This document shows, piece by piece, positions 1 to 14,616 of a DNA stretch of 64,000 nucleotides. A program made the position numbers and the translations under genes. The DNA is taken from positions 23,584,776 through 23,648,775 of the forward strand of contig CM119266.1 in NCBI GenBank assembly GCA_051294375.1, given 5' to 3'. Position 1 is the first letter of the stretch; every line of letters begins with the position of its first letter. The notes under the pieces are model-generated. The model did not search any database. It saw nothing but the letters and a program-made list of their open reading frames with translations, and was not told the origin of the DNA. Source of the DNA: Paraspadella gotoi. Taxonomy: Eukaryota; Animalia; Chaetognatha.

Positions 1-409
1 TCTCGAGTATAGCCATGAGAGAGGTAGCTTGGGGATTGGGATCCGTGAAAAGGAGGGAGAGAGAGAAAGACGAAGTTTAATAGGGGACAGTTAGGGTGCA
101 GATGAAAAAAGTCTATTGGCTATTCTAATACGAATATTTAAAATTAAAATATTGTTGAAGACAAAAAGTTCTTTTTGGGCATAATAAAATAAATAAAATA
201 AAGTCTCTAAATCACAAGGTCGCCGGTTGGTGCCGTCTAAATCAACGGATGGCACCATTGGAGAGCGCGACGCTTCCGTCAACTACGAGGGAACAGGTGG
301 CGCCTCAGGCGAGGTGCAAAATCATTTTTCCTTCCGAACAAAGGAGCATCGGCGAGATGTTTAATGAAGATCCATATATACGAAATATTTCACTGACGCC
401 TCTTTGTTT

Positions 410-449
<40 letters not shown>

Positions 450-3400
450 TCCGCTTACAAACGGCGAATTTAGCAAAAAACACACTTGAAATTCCACTAC
501 TTGTGTCGATTGTCTTAATATGATTATTTAATTTGTACGCACATTAACAAATTGGGCACGAACTAAGGATTGTTAAAAATCATGCTCCACCTGTTTCTAA
601 TGACAACAAGATACAAAAATATATTTATCTAAATAATTATAGGGAAAAAAATCTTATGTCCATTCTTTTAGTCCATTTTTAACTTTCGTCTTTCCTGCAT
701 TAGAGTGCCAAGACAAGTTAGAAAGAATTTTACTTTGGAAATCCGGTTTTCTCCTTATCTTCTTTACCTCTGGGTTAATTGATTGATTCCTTAAGATCTA
801 GTTATAGTCTTGCCCTATGAATTAATTTTAAATGATATGACAAGTTCAAAAGTTTTCATTTTTCTTGTTTTTATGCACTTAATTTGGTTACGGAAAAATC
901 TGTGTCAACATTATCTCTTCTCTTTTTTTTTTTTTGTTNNNNNNNNNNNNNNNNNNNNNNNNNCTTACTTTTGTTTATCATTAGAAACAGGTGGAGATGA
1001 TTTTTAACTCGGAATCTTAGTTACGGCCCCAATATTTGGTTATATGTCGTACAAATTAAATAATTATTTAGTAACAAACCGTAAGCAAGTATGGTTTAAT
1101 GTGTTTTTTGCTAAATTTCGCCGTTTGTAAGCGGAACCAGAGATGAGAGAGAGCAGAGAGAGAGAGAAAACAAAAGAGGCGTCCAGTTGAAATATTTCGT
1201 ATATATGGCATCGTTTACATTAAACATCATCGCCGATGCTCCCTTTGTTCGGAAGTGAAAAATGATTTTGCATGCACTTCGCGTGAGGCGACCACACTGT
1301 TCCACTCGTACGTTGACGGAAGCGCCGCGCCTGCCAATGGTGCCACCGTTGATATTAGACGGCACCCAACGCGGCGAACCATTGTGATTTAATTTTATTA
1401 TCGCCCAAAAAGAACTTATTGTCTTCAACAATATTTTAATTTTAAATATTCGATCATTTAGAATAGCAATAAGACTTTTTTTTCATCTGCACCCTAACTG
1501 TCCCCAATGTCAACTTCGTCTTTCTCATCTCTTCCCTCCTTTTCAACGGATCCCAATCCCAAGCCATGGCATACTCGAGATTCGCGGGTAGGGAAGCCCA
1601 CGGTTTCGCCACCGAGCCATTTTGTCCCCATGGCCCGGACCACTTCGACCAGCCAAATCTTTGCCCGCCGGGATACGAGGTCGCGGATCGAGAGGACAAA
1701 AACTCTGCTCGGGAGAAATCCGCGAATCAAATAGGCCTACGTCGGAGATCGTGGTCGCGGACGGAAATTCTATTTACTTACTTTCTATAAATATTATATT
1801 AAAAGATACAAAAATTTTAAAAAATAAATAAAGACAAGAAAAAAGATCAACACTGAAAGTTGAAACAAAGCAAAATTGTTGCAATTATTTATATATAGTT
1901 TTAAATTTCAAGATTTTATTGTTAATTATTAAATGAGCTTAAATAAGCGATGATCAAATAGAATAATAAAACATTTTAGTTATTTATTTCCTTTTAATTT
2001 TAATTCGACTTAAGCTAAATACTATTTTTTGTAAAAAAAAACGTGTAGCCAAAGTTTTTAACGATATTTTTGTTCTGGGAAAAGCTTGTCTTTGCGCCGA
2101 ATTGTTTTGAGAGGTCGCTTTTACTAGGAGTGGGGCAAGCTGAAACAAAAGGCCCGAGCAACAGTGTGTCTGGAATTCCTAACTTAGGACCATAAGCCTA
2201 TTTGTACAGCTCTGTATTCTTTTTAATATATATTTTTAATCATTTATAATACAAATGTAAATAGACTTTTTTGGTTCAGTTAAAAAAATATTCAATACCA
2301 GAAACAAATGAATAATTTAAAAGAAAAATGTAAACAAAAATTAATGGGAAAACCAAGAATAAGTCAAAAATTCAATAAATCATGGAAGATAGGGAAAGTA
2401 AAAAAATAATAAATAAAAAGAAAATTAAAATCTAAATGAATAGCGTTTAAAAAATAATAACTTTATTTTTTATTCATTCTTTTATTCATTTGGATTAAAG
2501 GAAACGAGCAGACCAGGAGTCTCGATCCCGACTTTCAGCCATAATCAGGTATCGATTTTCAGATGCGCGGCGAGAGGGAAAGAGAAGAGAAGAGAAGAGA
2601 AGAAAAATGGACCCGTCGGGGTCAGGTTCGGGACAGGCCGCGACCTGAGCCTGCGACGGAGGGAGAACAGATAGCGACAGGCAGCCGGACAAAACGTAGA
2701 TAGAAGTGAGCGAAATTGGGTCCGCCAACTTCAAGTATATTGCCTCCCCAAGCTAATCCTCTTTCTCTCTTCTTTCATCTCTCTCTCTCTCTTCTCTCTC
2801 TCTCTTCTCGTCGTCTTTCTCTCTCTTCTCTTTTCTTTCCTCTCTCTTCTCTCTCTCTCGTCTCTTCTCTCTCTCTCTCGTCCTCCTCTCTCTCTCATCT
2901 GCTCTTCTCTCTTCTCGTCTCTCCCTTGTTGACTCTCTCTCTCTTCTCTTCGTCTTGACTTCTTCTGCTCTCTCTCTTTCTTCTCTCTTTCTTTCCTCTT
3001 CTCTCTTTCTCTCTCTTCCTTCTTCTCACGAACAAAAAGTCTCGGCGGTGATTTTCATGAATTATTGCGGCCGTCCAGGTTTTTTTCTTCGCCGATTGCT
3101 TTTCGCAGAGGAAGAGAGAGAATGAGAGAGAGAGCGAAGAGAGAGAGAGGAGAGAGAGAGAGAGAGAAGAAACTTCCACCTCCAACTAAATCTTCAATTG
3201 AAATAGATTCACGCCTCACGTTGGAATTGGAAAAGAGAAAAAAGGGGAGAGATAGGGAGAGAAGGAGACGAGAGGGAGAGAGAGAGAGAGACGAGAGAGA
3301 AAGAGAGAAAGAGATGAGAGAGAGGAAAGAGAGAAGAGAGAGAAGAGAGAGAGAGATTAGCAGAGACTATTGGTAGAATGATAGAGAGAGAGAAGACGAG

Positions 3401-6350
3401 GAAGAGAGAGAGAAGAGAAAAAGAGAGAGAAGAGAAGGTAGCTTGGGGGGCAGGCAATTTATACTTGGAAGTTCACGGACCCCTAATTTCGATCACTCTA
3501 ATTGTTTTTTTCGCGGTTTTCCCGGGACTATTCGTTCTCCCAACCGATCCGCGGTCTTCATGGTCTGCGGATCCTTTGTCAACACCGAAAACCTGAACCA
3601 CCGAACGGGTTCATTTCTTCTCTTTCTAACTTCTCTATCTCTATCCCTCTCTCGCTGCGGAATCATATATATCAGAGTCCGCTCATTTATTACCGAAAGG
3701 AGACTTGAAAAGTCGCGCGATCGAAGACTCTCTTCTGCCTCCTTTCCTATTAATCCCAAATTGAATAAAAAGAATGAATAAAATAATAAATAAAAGTATT
3801 AATTCTTCTCTAACCACATTAATTTCGAGTTGTAATTTCTCAATTTTGTTTATATATTTATTTATTTTTTTACCTTTTGTTCCTACTTCCATTGATTTAT
3901 TTAGAATTTTGAATTAATTCTTTTTTCCCTTAAATTTTTGTTTACATTTTCGTTTTGTAGATTTTCATTTGTTCATATAGGATTTAATATTATTTGTGTT
4001 TAACTGAAATCCAAAACGAAGATGCTACTTATTTACAATTTGTTATATCCAAATTATTTTAAAATCATAATGAATTTATAAGAAAAGAAAATGAGAGGAC
4101 AGGCTCTCGTACGAAATAGCTTGTCCGTAAAGTTAGGATTCCAGATCAAACTGTTCTCTGCTCGGGGCGCTTTTTAGTTTTCCAGCGTTTGCAGGAAATC
4201 GCCTTCCTAGTAAAAGCACAATTGCCTCTACAAAAGCAAAATTTGGCGCAAAGAGACAGTCCATTTCCCAGTACCACAAAATGGATTACAGCTTATAAAG
4301 AGCTTGTGCTATCACTTTTATTCAACAGAATAATATTTAGCTAATACGGAATTTTAAAAATTTAAAAGAGGAGAATCATAATCAACTTATATATGTTTCA
4401 CTTATTTCATAAGTTGAAATATCATGCTTAATATAACTCATTTTAATACGATTACAATAAAAAGTTCTATAATGAATGCACTACTATCTATTAATCCGAA
4501 ACTATATAAATCAATCATTGCTTACTTTTCACAACTTCTGCTATTCGCTTAACTTTCAGCGAGTGTTGATCTTTTTTCTGCTTCGTTTCATTATCTTTTT
4601 TCTCAATAATTTTTCCTCATTATTTTAATCTAATATTTCATAGAAAGTATAAAGTCAAAAAAGAATTTTTCCTCTGTTCCTATGCCGCACCCGAATCGCC
4701 AGTCTCCGCGACGTAGTGCCTAAAAAGTTGCGATTGTCTCGCGGACTTCTCTCCAATAACCCGAGCAGAGTTATTTTTCATCATCGACTACCGCAGGATG
4801 TGGGCTCGAGACTCCACTAGACTCCTTGCAAAAGAACTGAGCGCGGCAACAAGATTTGGTCTTGGGTCCGCACACGTTGGTGTCCGCCGATGAGTGAGGC
4901 CCCGCAGAAAAAGGGGGGCAATGTTCCCGTCCTTGGTTGGCCGAAACACCGTCCGCTTACCTACCGCCGCGGAATCTCGGAGTATAGCCAAATGGCTTGG
5001 GCTGAGGCATAGCCTCAATTCTTCGCTTCGACTTGGGCTCGGGCGATAGCTTAGAGGGGCTCTCCGTCCCGCATTCTTATTAGGCTACGTGGACCGCTTC
5101 TGGGAATCCGTTGATACAAGCCGCGTGGAAGAGACGAGGAAAGACGGAGAGAGAAGTATATCATATACTGGGTACAGGTTAAGGGTGCACGGATTAAAAA
5201 AGTATTTCTATTTGCTATTCTTATACTCGAGATAACTATTAGAAAATTTAAAAATAATTGTTGAAGACAATTATGTCCTGTGTCATGGGCATAATAATAA
5301 CGTAAACTTACACAAGGTCGGCCGGATATTGGGTTCCACGTCGTTATAATCACAACGAGAGATGCTACCCATTGGATGATAGGCGCGAGCTGCCTTCCAG
5401 ACGGTCAACTGTGCGATGGGAACCAATACTCCGGCGCTGGGCGCAATCAGGGCGAGGTGCCAAAATCATTTTTCCTTCCGAACAAAGGAGACATTAGCGC
5501 GGCGCGAGATGTGTGTAATGAAGAGATTCCCGTACTATATACCGACAATATACACTCTACCACTCCGACGCGCTCACTTCTTCGTTATTCCTCTTCTCTC
5601 TCTTCTCTCTTTCCTCTCTACTGCGCTCATCCCTTACTTCAAACCAGCTGCTCACGAATTTTAGCAACATAATAATAAACAAAACACTTCGTTGTCCCAA
5701 TCATTGTTTCAGTTAGTTACTGTTACAACAGATCTATTAATACCTCAAAGTTATACCACTACCATACCAAGTTGGAGACGAGACCCAACTCAATGGAGGA
5801 AGGGATTTTTCGTCCGGAATTCGGGGTTCTCGTGATCGAAGGATCGCGCGATAGGAACAGTAACGGGGATTCATACATCACAGTGCGTCCACCCGTTAGA
5901 CCATCGTCAAAGTTGTCTCAACCCTCCACCGAAGCTTGTCTCGGTTAGACGCTATACTGGTTCTGTGTCGAGGTGGGTGAGGCTTCTTAGGGACGAAGAG
6001 AGCAGAGAAAAAGCCTTGGTCATGTCCATTTTGTCCATTGCAGTTAGTTCTTCGTCTACTGATCTAGAGTCGCCCGAAGGCAAAGTTGGACCGCGGATAA
6101 ATGTCTATTACTGATTGGAAGCCAGTACGCCATTCTTCCTTGTCATCTGTTCCTATACCCATACTGGGGGGTTGTGAACTCTTTATTCCTCTGAACAATT
6201 ATACGTGAGTGTGCGCGCGTAACTGGAGAGGAGATAAGATCAAATATAATTGAGATATGTTTCGAGACAAGTACAGCAAAATAAGTTCATATATTAATCC
6301 TGCTGTTTTATACATCACTAATTTTGCGTTAACTGAGATCAAATTCGTAT
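1..6350. other. Stacked redundant copies (assembly overfill): 1-~615 inverted at 964-1580; ~964-2760 inverted at ~3440-5700; 1-~930 repeated directly and noisily at ~4975-6350
   Basis: Shared anchors such as CAAAATCATTTTTCCTTCCGAACAAAGGAG at ~317 and ~5461, with the reverse complement at ~1242-1272. Differences are mostly indels. There is a 25-N gap at 939-963. Confidence 0.85.
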
Positions 6351-8699
6351 CGAAATTGGCTTTAACACTTACGATGGAAAAATAACTATGTACCTAAAAA
6401 ATGCTGTTACAAAAAATTGCCTCAACCCGTAACCTAGATAATTATCCTAAACCTATAAAAACCTTACCTTAAATAAATACATATTTTTTTGGTTTCAGCC
6501 ACACGAATAATTTGAAAAGACTTCTCTCAATTGTGACTTTTATTTGCTGACTTGCAATTTTAATTTTTTGATAAACGACAAACCTTTAATATATTCACAA
6601 CCTCAAATCTCATTCGTTTTACAAAGTGATGAAAGTACCATACTGACATTGATTAATCAAAATTACAATTCACCGCATCACTTTTAACTCCAATGGGAAA
6701 AAGCTCAGGACGTGATTTATTTGCTGAGAAGCTCGACAGATTATTGCGAGAAAAATATTTTCCGCGCAAAAGTCTCGTCGATTAATGCTCAACAATCTGC
6801 TAGACGACAACACCCATCGAAGATATTGAAATTAGAGATCCTCTGACGCTCTACGCCAAATTATATCTTCGCTCCACATTTGATACTCTCCGTCAGTCTG
6901 TCACTTTCAAAATCTTTTTCATCTATTTGGCTCACGATCAGTAAAAAATAAATCGACAACAATCACGATAAATAAAGAGAAGTGAGCAGATCAAAAAATG
7001 AGTGTGTGAAACATTAAAAAGATGCGTAGCAGTGAATAGTAGGAACGAGGACAAAATTGTGCGATTGAAAGCTAGAGAAAAGGAGAGAGTAATACAGAAA
7101 GATGAGAAGAAGAGAAGCAGAGATAAGAAAGGAAGAAAAAAATTAATAAAGTAAAAAAGCGCCAAAAAGAGAGTGTAAGAGAGAGGAAAGGCGATGAGAA
7201 GAGGCATTAAGGAGAGAGGAAAGAAAGAGTTTAGAGAGATGACAGAGAGGGTAGAAAGAGAAAAGGGATTGTCGAGAGAAGTATTGAAGGAAGGAAAGAG
7301 AGAGTGACAGAGGAGAGGGAAGAAAAAAAGCAAGCCGGTAAAAACAATCGACGACAATACAACAGAGAGAGACAGACCAGGAAATACAATTCTACTACTA
7401 TTATGGCTTACCTACGCTGGTCTCACTCTGTTATCCTGAAGAGTTCTGTGAATCTGATTGACGCCCTAAATTCCTATGAGCAATTTTATCTTCTAAATAG
7501 TTGTGTGTTCTTACCATGAAAATCGGCATTGTACTTCTTTCTTAAATTAAGCAGTAACGAGTTTCTGATTGAAGAAATCATTGTCTGTGAGTGCGTATTT
7601 TGAAGGGCATAGATATTTAGTAGTGATGCTCGATGTTATAAGGGAAAAAGATAACAGTTAAGGCCAACCGTTTTTATACTGAAGAGACGTCCATATAGTT
7701 TATCGAAGTGGGCGTGAAATAAGAATATAGATGTATCGTTATTTTTGTGTAATTTCAAAATCATGTCTTAGTAATACCGAAGGGATACAGCCCTCTCTCT
7801 TCTGCTCTACCCGCTGCTCTCTCTCTCCTCTTCTCTCTTCTCTCTCTCTCTCTCTCAGATCTCACTTTTTTTAATGGCGGCGACGACAGCGCCACTCTCG
7901 CTTATCGATCATAATAAACAAATGCGGATGATAATTAGTCGACGACGAAGATGAATAAGTTCCTTAGGCCGAGTGGTGGTCGAAGGTAAGTCGCCTCGGT
8001 GCGGACAACGGGTGGTTGAGGAATAAAGGAAGTGTATTGTTTAATTGTAATTGTTATTTGTTCATTGTCCAGACTATAAATGTTTAAAGAAGGGCGGGAA
8101 AAGAATATTTTTAATGTTAGAATGTTTAGTTTAGTAAAGATCCTTCACTTTAGAGACGGTGTTTAAATCTAAGAAGATTTAATATTTTATTTAATCTAGG
8201 AAATATTTTACTGTTTTTTTATTTTATATTTCGCGTAACTCTACTTATAATTTCCATCCCCTTTCCCCGGTAACCCCATTTGTAAACCTCATCTATATAT
8301 TCTCAACCCCCACCTTCGTTCTTCGCCCCCAACTCCCTCTTTTTTTTATTTTTCTATTCCTTCATCTCTCTCGCCTCCCACCTCGCTGATCACGTGACTT
8401 CCCCCCTCCCCCCCTCCCGCCGAGTCTCCGCTTTTTCTTTCTAATGAATTTATGGGGGAACATTCGTTCATTGTGATTCCGCCGCTGCCGCTGCCGACGC
8501 CGCTGCCGACGCCGCTGCCGCCGCCGCTCAGGCTCAGGCCCGTCGCTGTCGACGTCGTCGTTATCGTCGTCGTCTTCCTCCACCTCCCCCCCGTCACATC
8601 ACCGCCATCGGCGGACGCGAAAGGTAAATGGAAAAATCCTGCCTGGGGGCGATTTCTCTGCCGGGACGCCCGCAATGAGGGGGGGGGGAATGGGGGAGG

Positions 8700-9710
8700 G
8701 AATAAAGGAGGAAAAAGAAGGAGAAAGATACGGTGCATGAGAAATAAAAAGGGGAAGAGGGAGGATAGGGAAGAGAGAGAGACATAAAAAGGGGAAGAGG
8801 GAGGATAGGGTAGAGAGAGAGAANNNNNNNNNNNNNNNNNNNNNNNNNNNNNNNNNNNNNNNNNNNNNNNNNNNNNNNNNNNNNNNNNNNNNNNNNNNNN
8901 NNNNNNNNNNNNNNNNNNNNNNNNNNNNNNNNNNNNNNNNNNNNNNNNNNNNNNNNNNNNNNNNNNNNNNNNNNNNNNNNNNNNNNNNNNNNNNNNNNNN
9001 NNNNNNNNNNNNNNNNNNNNNNNNNNNNNNNNNNNNNNNNNNNNNNNNNNNNNNNNNNNNNNNNNNNNNNNNNNNNNNNNNNNNNNNNNNNNNNNNNNNN
9101 NNNNNNNNNNNNNNNNNNNNNNNNNNNNNNNNNNNNNNNNNNNNNNNNNNNNNNNNNNNNNNNNNNNNNNNNNNNNNNNNNNNNNNNNNNNNNNNNNNNN
9201 NNNNNNNNNNNNNNNNNNNNNNNNNNNNNNNNNNNNNNNNNNNNNNNNNNNNNNNNNNNNNNNNNNNNNNNNNNNNNNNNNNNNNNNNNNNNNNNNNNNN
9301 NNNNNNNNNNNNNNNNNNNNNNNNNNNNNNNNNNNNNNNNNNNNNNNNNNNNNNNNNNNNNNNNNNNNNNNNNNNNNNNNNNNNNNNNNNNNNNNNNNNN
9401 NNNNNNNNNNNNNNNNNNNNNNNNNNNNNNNNNNNNNNNNNNNNNNNNNNNNNNNNNNNNNNNNNNNNNNNNNNNNNNNNNNNNNNNNNNNNNNNNNNNN
9501 NNNNNNNNNNNNNNNNNNNNNNNNNNNNNNNNNNNNNNNNNNNNNNNNNNNNNNNNNNNNNNNNNNNNNNNNNNNNNNNNNNNNNNNNNNGGTAGAAAAA
9601 AGAAAAAGAAAAAGAATCGGGAGGATAGGGTAGAGATAGAGAAATAGAAAGGGAAGAGGGAAGATAGGGGAGAGAAAGAGAACTAAAAAGGGGAACAGGG
9701 AGGATAGGGC
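8700..9710 (+). repeat. ~39-bp purine-rich minisatellite (AAAAGGGGAAGAGGGAGGATAGGG...AGAGAGA) spanning the gap 8824-9590
   Basis: The same unit occurs on both sides of the gap, which suggests the gap is the unresolved array. Confidence 0.7.
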
Positions 9711-10749
9711 AACTTACGCTCTTCGAGGTTAACTTCTACCCGTTAATATATTTTATAGTTGAAAATATGAATAAAAAAATATTTAGAAGAATCGCAAGAA
9801 CTCCCTGGATACAATCCTTAGGCCGTTTGAATCATTTAATCTGTTATGGATTCTATTCTCTACTTTCTGTTCTACAAGTATTTATTTAATTACTTTTCGT
9901 AAACACTATTCTACACCATCGATTCTACGCCGGCTCATCATTTAAATCATCACTTGATTTACCCAATGATCTTCAGACGACATAATCAATCGTCCATTCG
10001 ATTTCAGATTCTACCTTCCTTTTCGCGATTCTACCCCCGATTCCATCGCCGATTCTAACCTTAAGTGACTTCGCCTAAAATTTCATTCGAATCTAATTCG
10101 CGCGACGAAAACTCGATTAGGGAGAAGATTGAANNNNNNNNNNNNNNNNNNNNNNNNNNNNNGAGAATGAGAGAGAAAGGGAGAGAGAGAGAGAGAGACG
10201 AGAACGAGCACGAGAGAGAGAGACCGAGCCAGAGGATGAGAGGGAGAGGACGATGATCCTGGGAGATGGGAGAGAGAGAGAATGGTCGAGATGTATGAGC
10301 AGAGAGAGAGAGAATAATAAGCGAACTTGACAACGCCGACGCAAATGACAATCATCTGACACAAACGCCTGTAAAATAACAATGGAACTTTTTACCGTAT
10401 TCCATGATGTGACAATGTCACATTCTTCAAAGGAATTCATAAAGCAGCGTGTGCAAGCTTCGAAATCGAGTCCGGATATTTTCTCCAAGCTTTGGAAGCA
10501 CGCAACCATGGAAGCATGAAAGCCGCAGCTGCGAAGGCGGGTGGAAATCAGCGGGGAAAAAAGTTAAGTGGAAAAGTCGTTGGAAACGCCATCCTGCGCA
10601 AGCGCACATGGGCGCACGGGATGGAGACATGCAAAATCACTCACTTGGAACGAAACTGGGAGGGAATGAATTCACAGCAAAGAGAGAGAAACAGAAGAAG
10701 ATAACTAGTACACGTATTTTATTTCTTTCATATTTATTATTATATACTT

Positions 10750-12036
10750 ACTCTCACTATCTTACAATCATCTTTCTTACCAACATTCCTTATATGAGGG
10801 ATAAATATATACTGGATCTTTTATACACTGATCACTGGCCTCTTCTTCTGTCTTAGGCGCACCGCGGTGAGAGGGTTCTTCCTTGGCTCATCTATGTCTT
10901 CTCTTCAATCTACCTTACATATTCTTTCACTGAATGTATACGATTCTCTCTTTCCTCCTTCCATTTCGTGCAGATCAGCTTTTCTTGTTATATTCTCTGG
11001 CGTTCCTGCGTATCACCTCTCTCTTGATCAATTCCAGTATCCTTCGACTTATAATGTTCATCGCCAACCTCGAAGCGGACCCACAACTGATTAAACTGCC
11101 CAGCTTTTCGCTTCGAACAACGTGAGAGGAGCGAACCTGAGAACACCCTCCGAGCCTGAGACGATTGTCATGGATCTGTGCTGTTGTTTGGATGATTTAG
11201 TGTGCCAGATTCTAAGTTGATTGGGACACCGGAATAACAGAATATGTTATTCATTCCAGTTTCGTCGGTAAATATGAGTTATATGTCTGTTTTTTTTTTC
11301 GAATATGTTTAAAGATATGTAATATGAATTCATTTTTAGAGAACAAGACTATAAAATTGGTGACGCGGAGAGTTCAAAACAAAACAGACAAAGATTATTC
11401 CCCAATGTATTCTTGCTCAGTGCCACTTCTAACGCCTATTGTTCATTTTGGACCGCAGTGGGCGGACCCGAAAAAATCTTTGGTCGCGTCGCTGGCAACT
11501 GCCGATTCAGCTCCGTACGCCCCGGCGCGCGTATTTGTGGCAGTTCAAATTAGTCATCCATCTATTACTCTGCTACACCCACATGTAAGGAAGAGGAAGG
11601 GAATCAGGCGGTGGTGCGAGGCGAGCATCTCTGTCTGGCATTCATTCGAACTGATGAAGACCTCTTGTTGTAGAAATAAGAAAAAGGAATTGAATGTGAG
11701 AAGTTAACGAGAGGACAGAGGAAAGAGAAAAGGAACTAGGAGCTGGAGAAGAGCGTTTAGCTGGCAAGGTGGATGTTTTAAGATAAATGCACTTTGTAAG
11801 GAATTAAAAAATGAGAAAAAAGGATAAGAAGTAGCGACGAGCACAAAAAAAGAGGTAGTAGGAAGACAAAGTAGTATAATGTGAATAAGATCGGCGAATG
11901 GTCAAATAGGTATAAGTTAAAGAAATAAGAGGCGAGAGATGTCCGATAGACATTGAGCGAAGCGGAGGGTTAGTTATGAAAATAAATTATTATAACAGTA
12001 TCGCTCTCTCTCCTCTCTCTCTTCTGCTTTTCTCTG

Positions 12037-12120
<84 letters not shown>

Positions 12121-13120
12121 GTTTTCTCTCTCAAATAAATTTCCCCCTTAAATGTGTACGTGAGCCTTGATTTGGGGGCCTCAGGCCATTTCCTTTGCAT
12201 CGCACGGGCGCTGGCTGCGGACTAAGATCGCTTGGAGATCTGAAACTAAGGGAATCGTCGGTTCAATTTTCTGCTCTCTGTCCTCCTCCTCTGCTCCTCG
12301 CTATCTCTCTTTCTCTCTCTCTCTCGTCCTCGTCTTCTCTCTGCCTCTCTGCTCNNNNNNNNNNNNNNNNNNNNNNNNNCGTTCGCAAGATGAATCCGCC
12401 TCTATTTTAAAACATTAGACATCGCGATATAAATACTAAGTCTCATTTTTTTTTGTGCTGACTTATCCTTTTTTAAAAAAGATTAAAAAAAGCGTAAAAC
12501 TTTTCGCAGTTTTTTCTCTTCTTCTTCGAATCTCATTCATTTTTTCTTTTCACAAAACTCATCAGCGAATGAATGCAGCGAGACTCGCCGACGCCGACGT
12601 GGGGGGAGCAAAAAGGGAGACTAATGAACGAAACGCGGGACGAGTGAACGAAGAGAGTGAGAGTGGGATGAATGGGGATGAACTGAGAATACATTGGGGT
12701 CTTTGGTGAACGGAACAAAATAGTCTTAGTTTTAAAAATGAATTCATATACTATCTTTACTTATTCGAAAAAAAAAACAAAAGAACCAAGGAAACTAATA
12801 AAACGAACGAGCCAATCAAACTACCAATCAACCAAACAACCAACCAACAATCGTCGCCTCGATTCTCATTCGCTTCTCACTTTTCGAAGCGAAAAAGTTT
12901 AATCAGGAGTTTTTCCCTTCGAGTTGCGAAGAACTAAAGGAGGACTGATTGAAAGAAGAAGGCGAAAGAAGGAGACAAGAAAAAAAAAGCTGATTGAAAA
13001 TGGAAGGAGAAGAGAGAAGAAACGAAAGAAAAGAAGGAGATTGAAGAGAGAAGTAGAAGAAGATAAACGGAGAATAAAACAGAAAAAGAAGAAGAGTAGA
13101 AAAGAAAGAAGCGAGAAGGA
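10750..13120. other. Noisy inverted duplicate: ~10750-11990 is the reverse complement of ~12380-13120
   Basis: For example, TTTTTTTTTCGAATA..AAAGATA..TATGAATTCATTTTTA (~11290-11338) matches the reverse complement of 12732-12778. There is a 25-N gap at 12355-12379. Confidence 0.75.
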
Positions 13121-13584
13121 GNNNNNNNNNNNNNNNNNNNNNNNNNNNNNNNNNNNNNNNNNNNNNNNNNNNNNNNNNNNNNNNNNNNNNNNNNNNNNNN
13201 NNNNNNNNNNNNNNNNNNNNNNNNNNNNNNNNNNNNNNNNNNNNNNNNNNNNNNNNNNNNNNNNNNNNNNNNNNNNNNNNNNNNNNNNNNNNNNNNNNNN
13301 NNNNNNNNNNNNNNNNNNNNNNNNNNNNNNNNNNNNNNNNNNNNNNNNNNNNNNNNNNNNNNNNNNNNNNGAGAGTTTTTTTGACGAAGTACTTGTTAAT
13401 TTTATATATATATCATAAAATGAAAAATGAAAAAAAATCAATACAATTTTGACATACCGTATACTTCTTAGACCTTGTACATAATTTTTTAAAGAGTTTG
13501 TTTTCGAATAGAATTTTTTCTCTTTTTTTTATATCCGAAATCAAATAACATCCAAATGGGACCAAGTGTAAAGAAGTCAATTCA

Positions 13585-13636
<52 letters not shown>

Positions 13637-14484
13637 AAAAAAATGTTTAGTGAGCCATCATATAAACTTCTGTATCATCGAACGAATATTTAAATGTGTC
13701 AAAAGTTTTGATATGTGTAAAAATATTACAAAATTAAAAAAAGGAAGGAGAATTTATTCTTTAAATATTTGCCAAAATAAAAAATCAATTTAACAAAACA
13801 AGAGACGACCCTTTAACAAAACAAGACGTCACATCGCTTTCCTCCCTCGTTGCTCTTTCGTCCGAATCGGACGACGACGATGCGCGAAACTCTCGCGAGA
13901 TGGCAGCGTCTCGGACGACCGTCAAAATCTTGGCCGCGATTCGGATAGCGAAAAAAAAATAANNNNNNNNNNNNNNNNNNNNNNNNNNNNNNNNNNNNNN
14001 NNNNNNNNNNNNNNNNNNNNNNNNNNNNNNNNNNNNNNNNNNNNNNNNNNNNNNNNNNNNNNNNNNNNNNNNNNNNNNNNNNNNNNNNNNNNNNNNNNNN
14101 NNNNNNNNNNNNNNNNNNNNNNNNNNNNNNNNGAGGGGGTGCGGTATCGCCCAAAGGTGAAGGTCGAGCAGGAGTGACGCCAGGGGGCGATGGAGCGATC
14201 GAAAGGGATGGTAAGGCGTGGCAGGAAAAGGGGTGACTCATGAGGAGGGTTAACTCGTCGCGGGGGTGATCGTTAGAGTGGAAATGGGGGAGGGACGAAA
14301 CAGTGAATGGTTGAACACGGATTTCTTAGAAATGTTTTGGTAAGTTAGCAGACGAATGAAGAGAGCGAAGACATAAAAAACATGGGTAAGTTTCCTCGAT
14401 TATAAATCGGAGTGATAAGGATGGAATTTTTTCGTCGAACGGATTAAGATTTGGGTCGAGTTTAATGAACTCGAATGTGGAGAT

Positions 14485-14616
14485 GAATCGAGAGAACAGG
14501 TTAACGAATCGAGAGGACAAGTCAACTAATCGAGAGGACAGGTTAAAGAATCGAGAGGACATGTCAATGAATCGAGAGGACAGGTTAACGAATCGAGAAG
14601 AGAGGTTAACGAATCG
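14485..14616 (+). repeat. 21-bp minisatellite GAATCGAGAGGACAGGTTAAC, ~6 copies
   Basis: Direct tandem periodicity, with a noisy second copy at ~25908-26055. Confidence 0.85.

Noticed and set aside
3000-3210. Missed SMRTbell adapter or biological hairpin telomere at fold-back centres (also 62040-62310)
   Set aside because: No adapter-like AACAACAACGGAGGAGGAGG sequence is visible, the centres are asymmetric, and at 57.8-64 kb the arms differ by a whole transposon.
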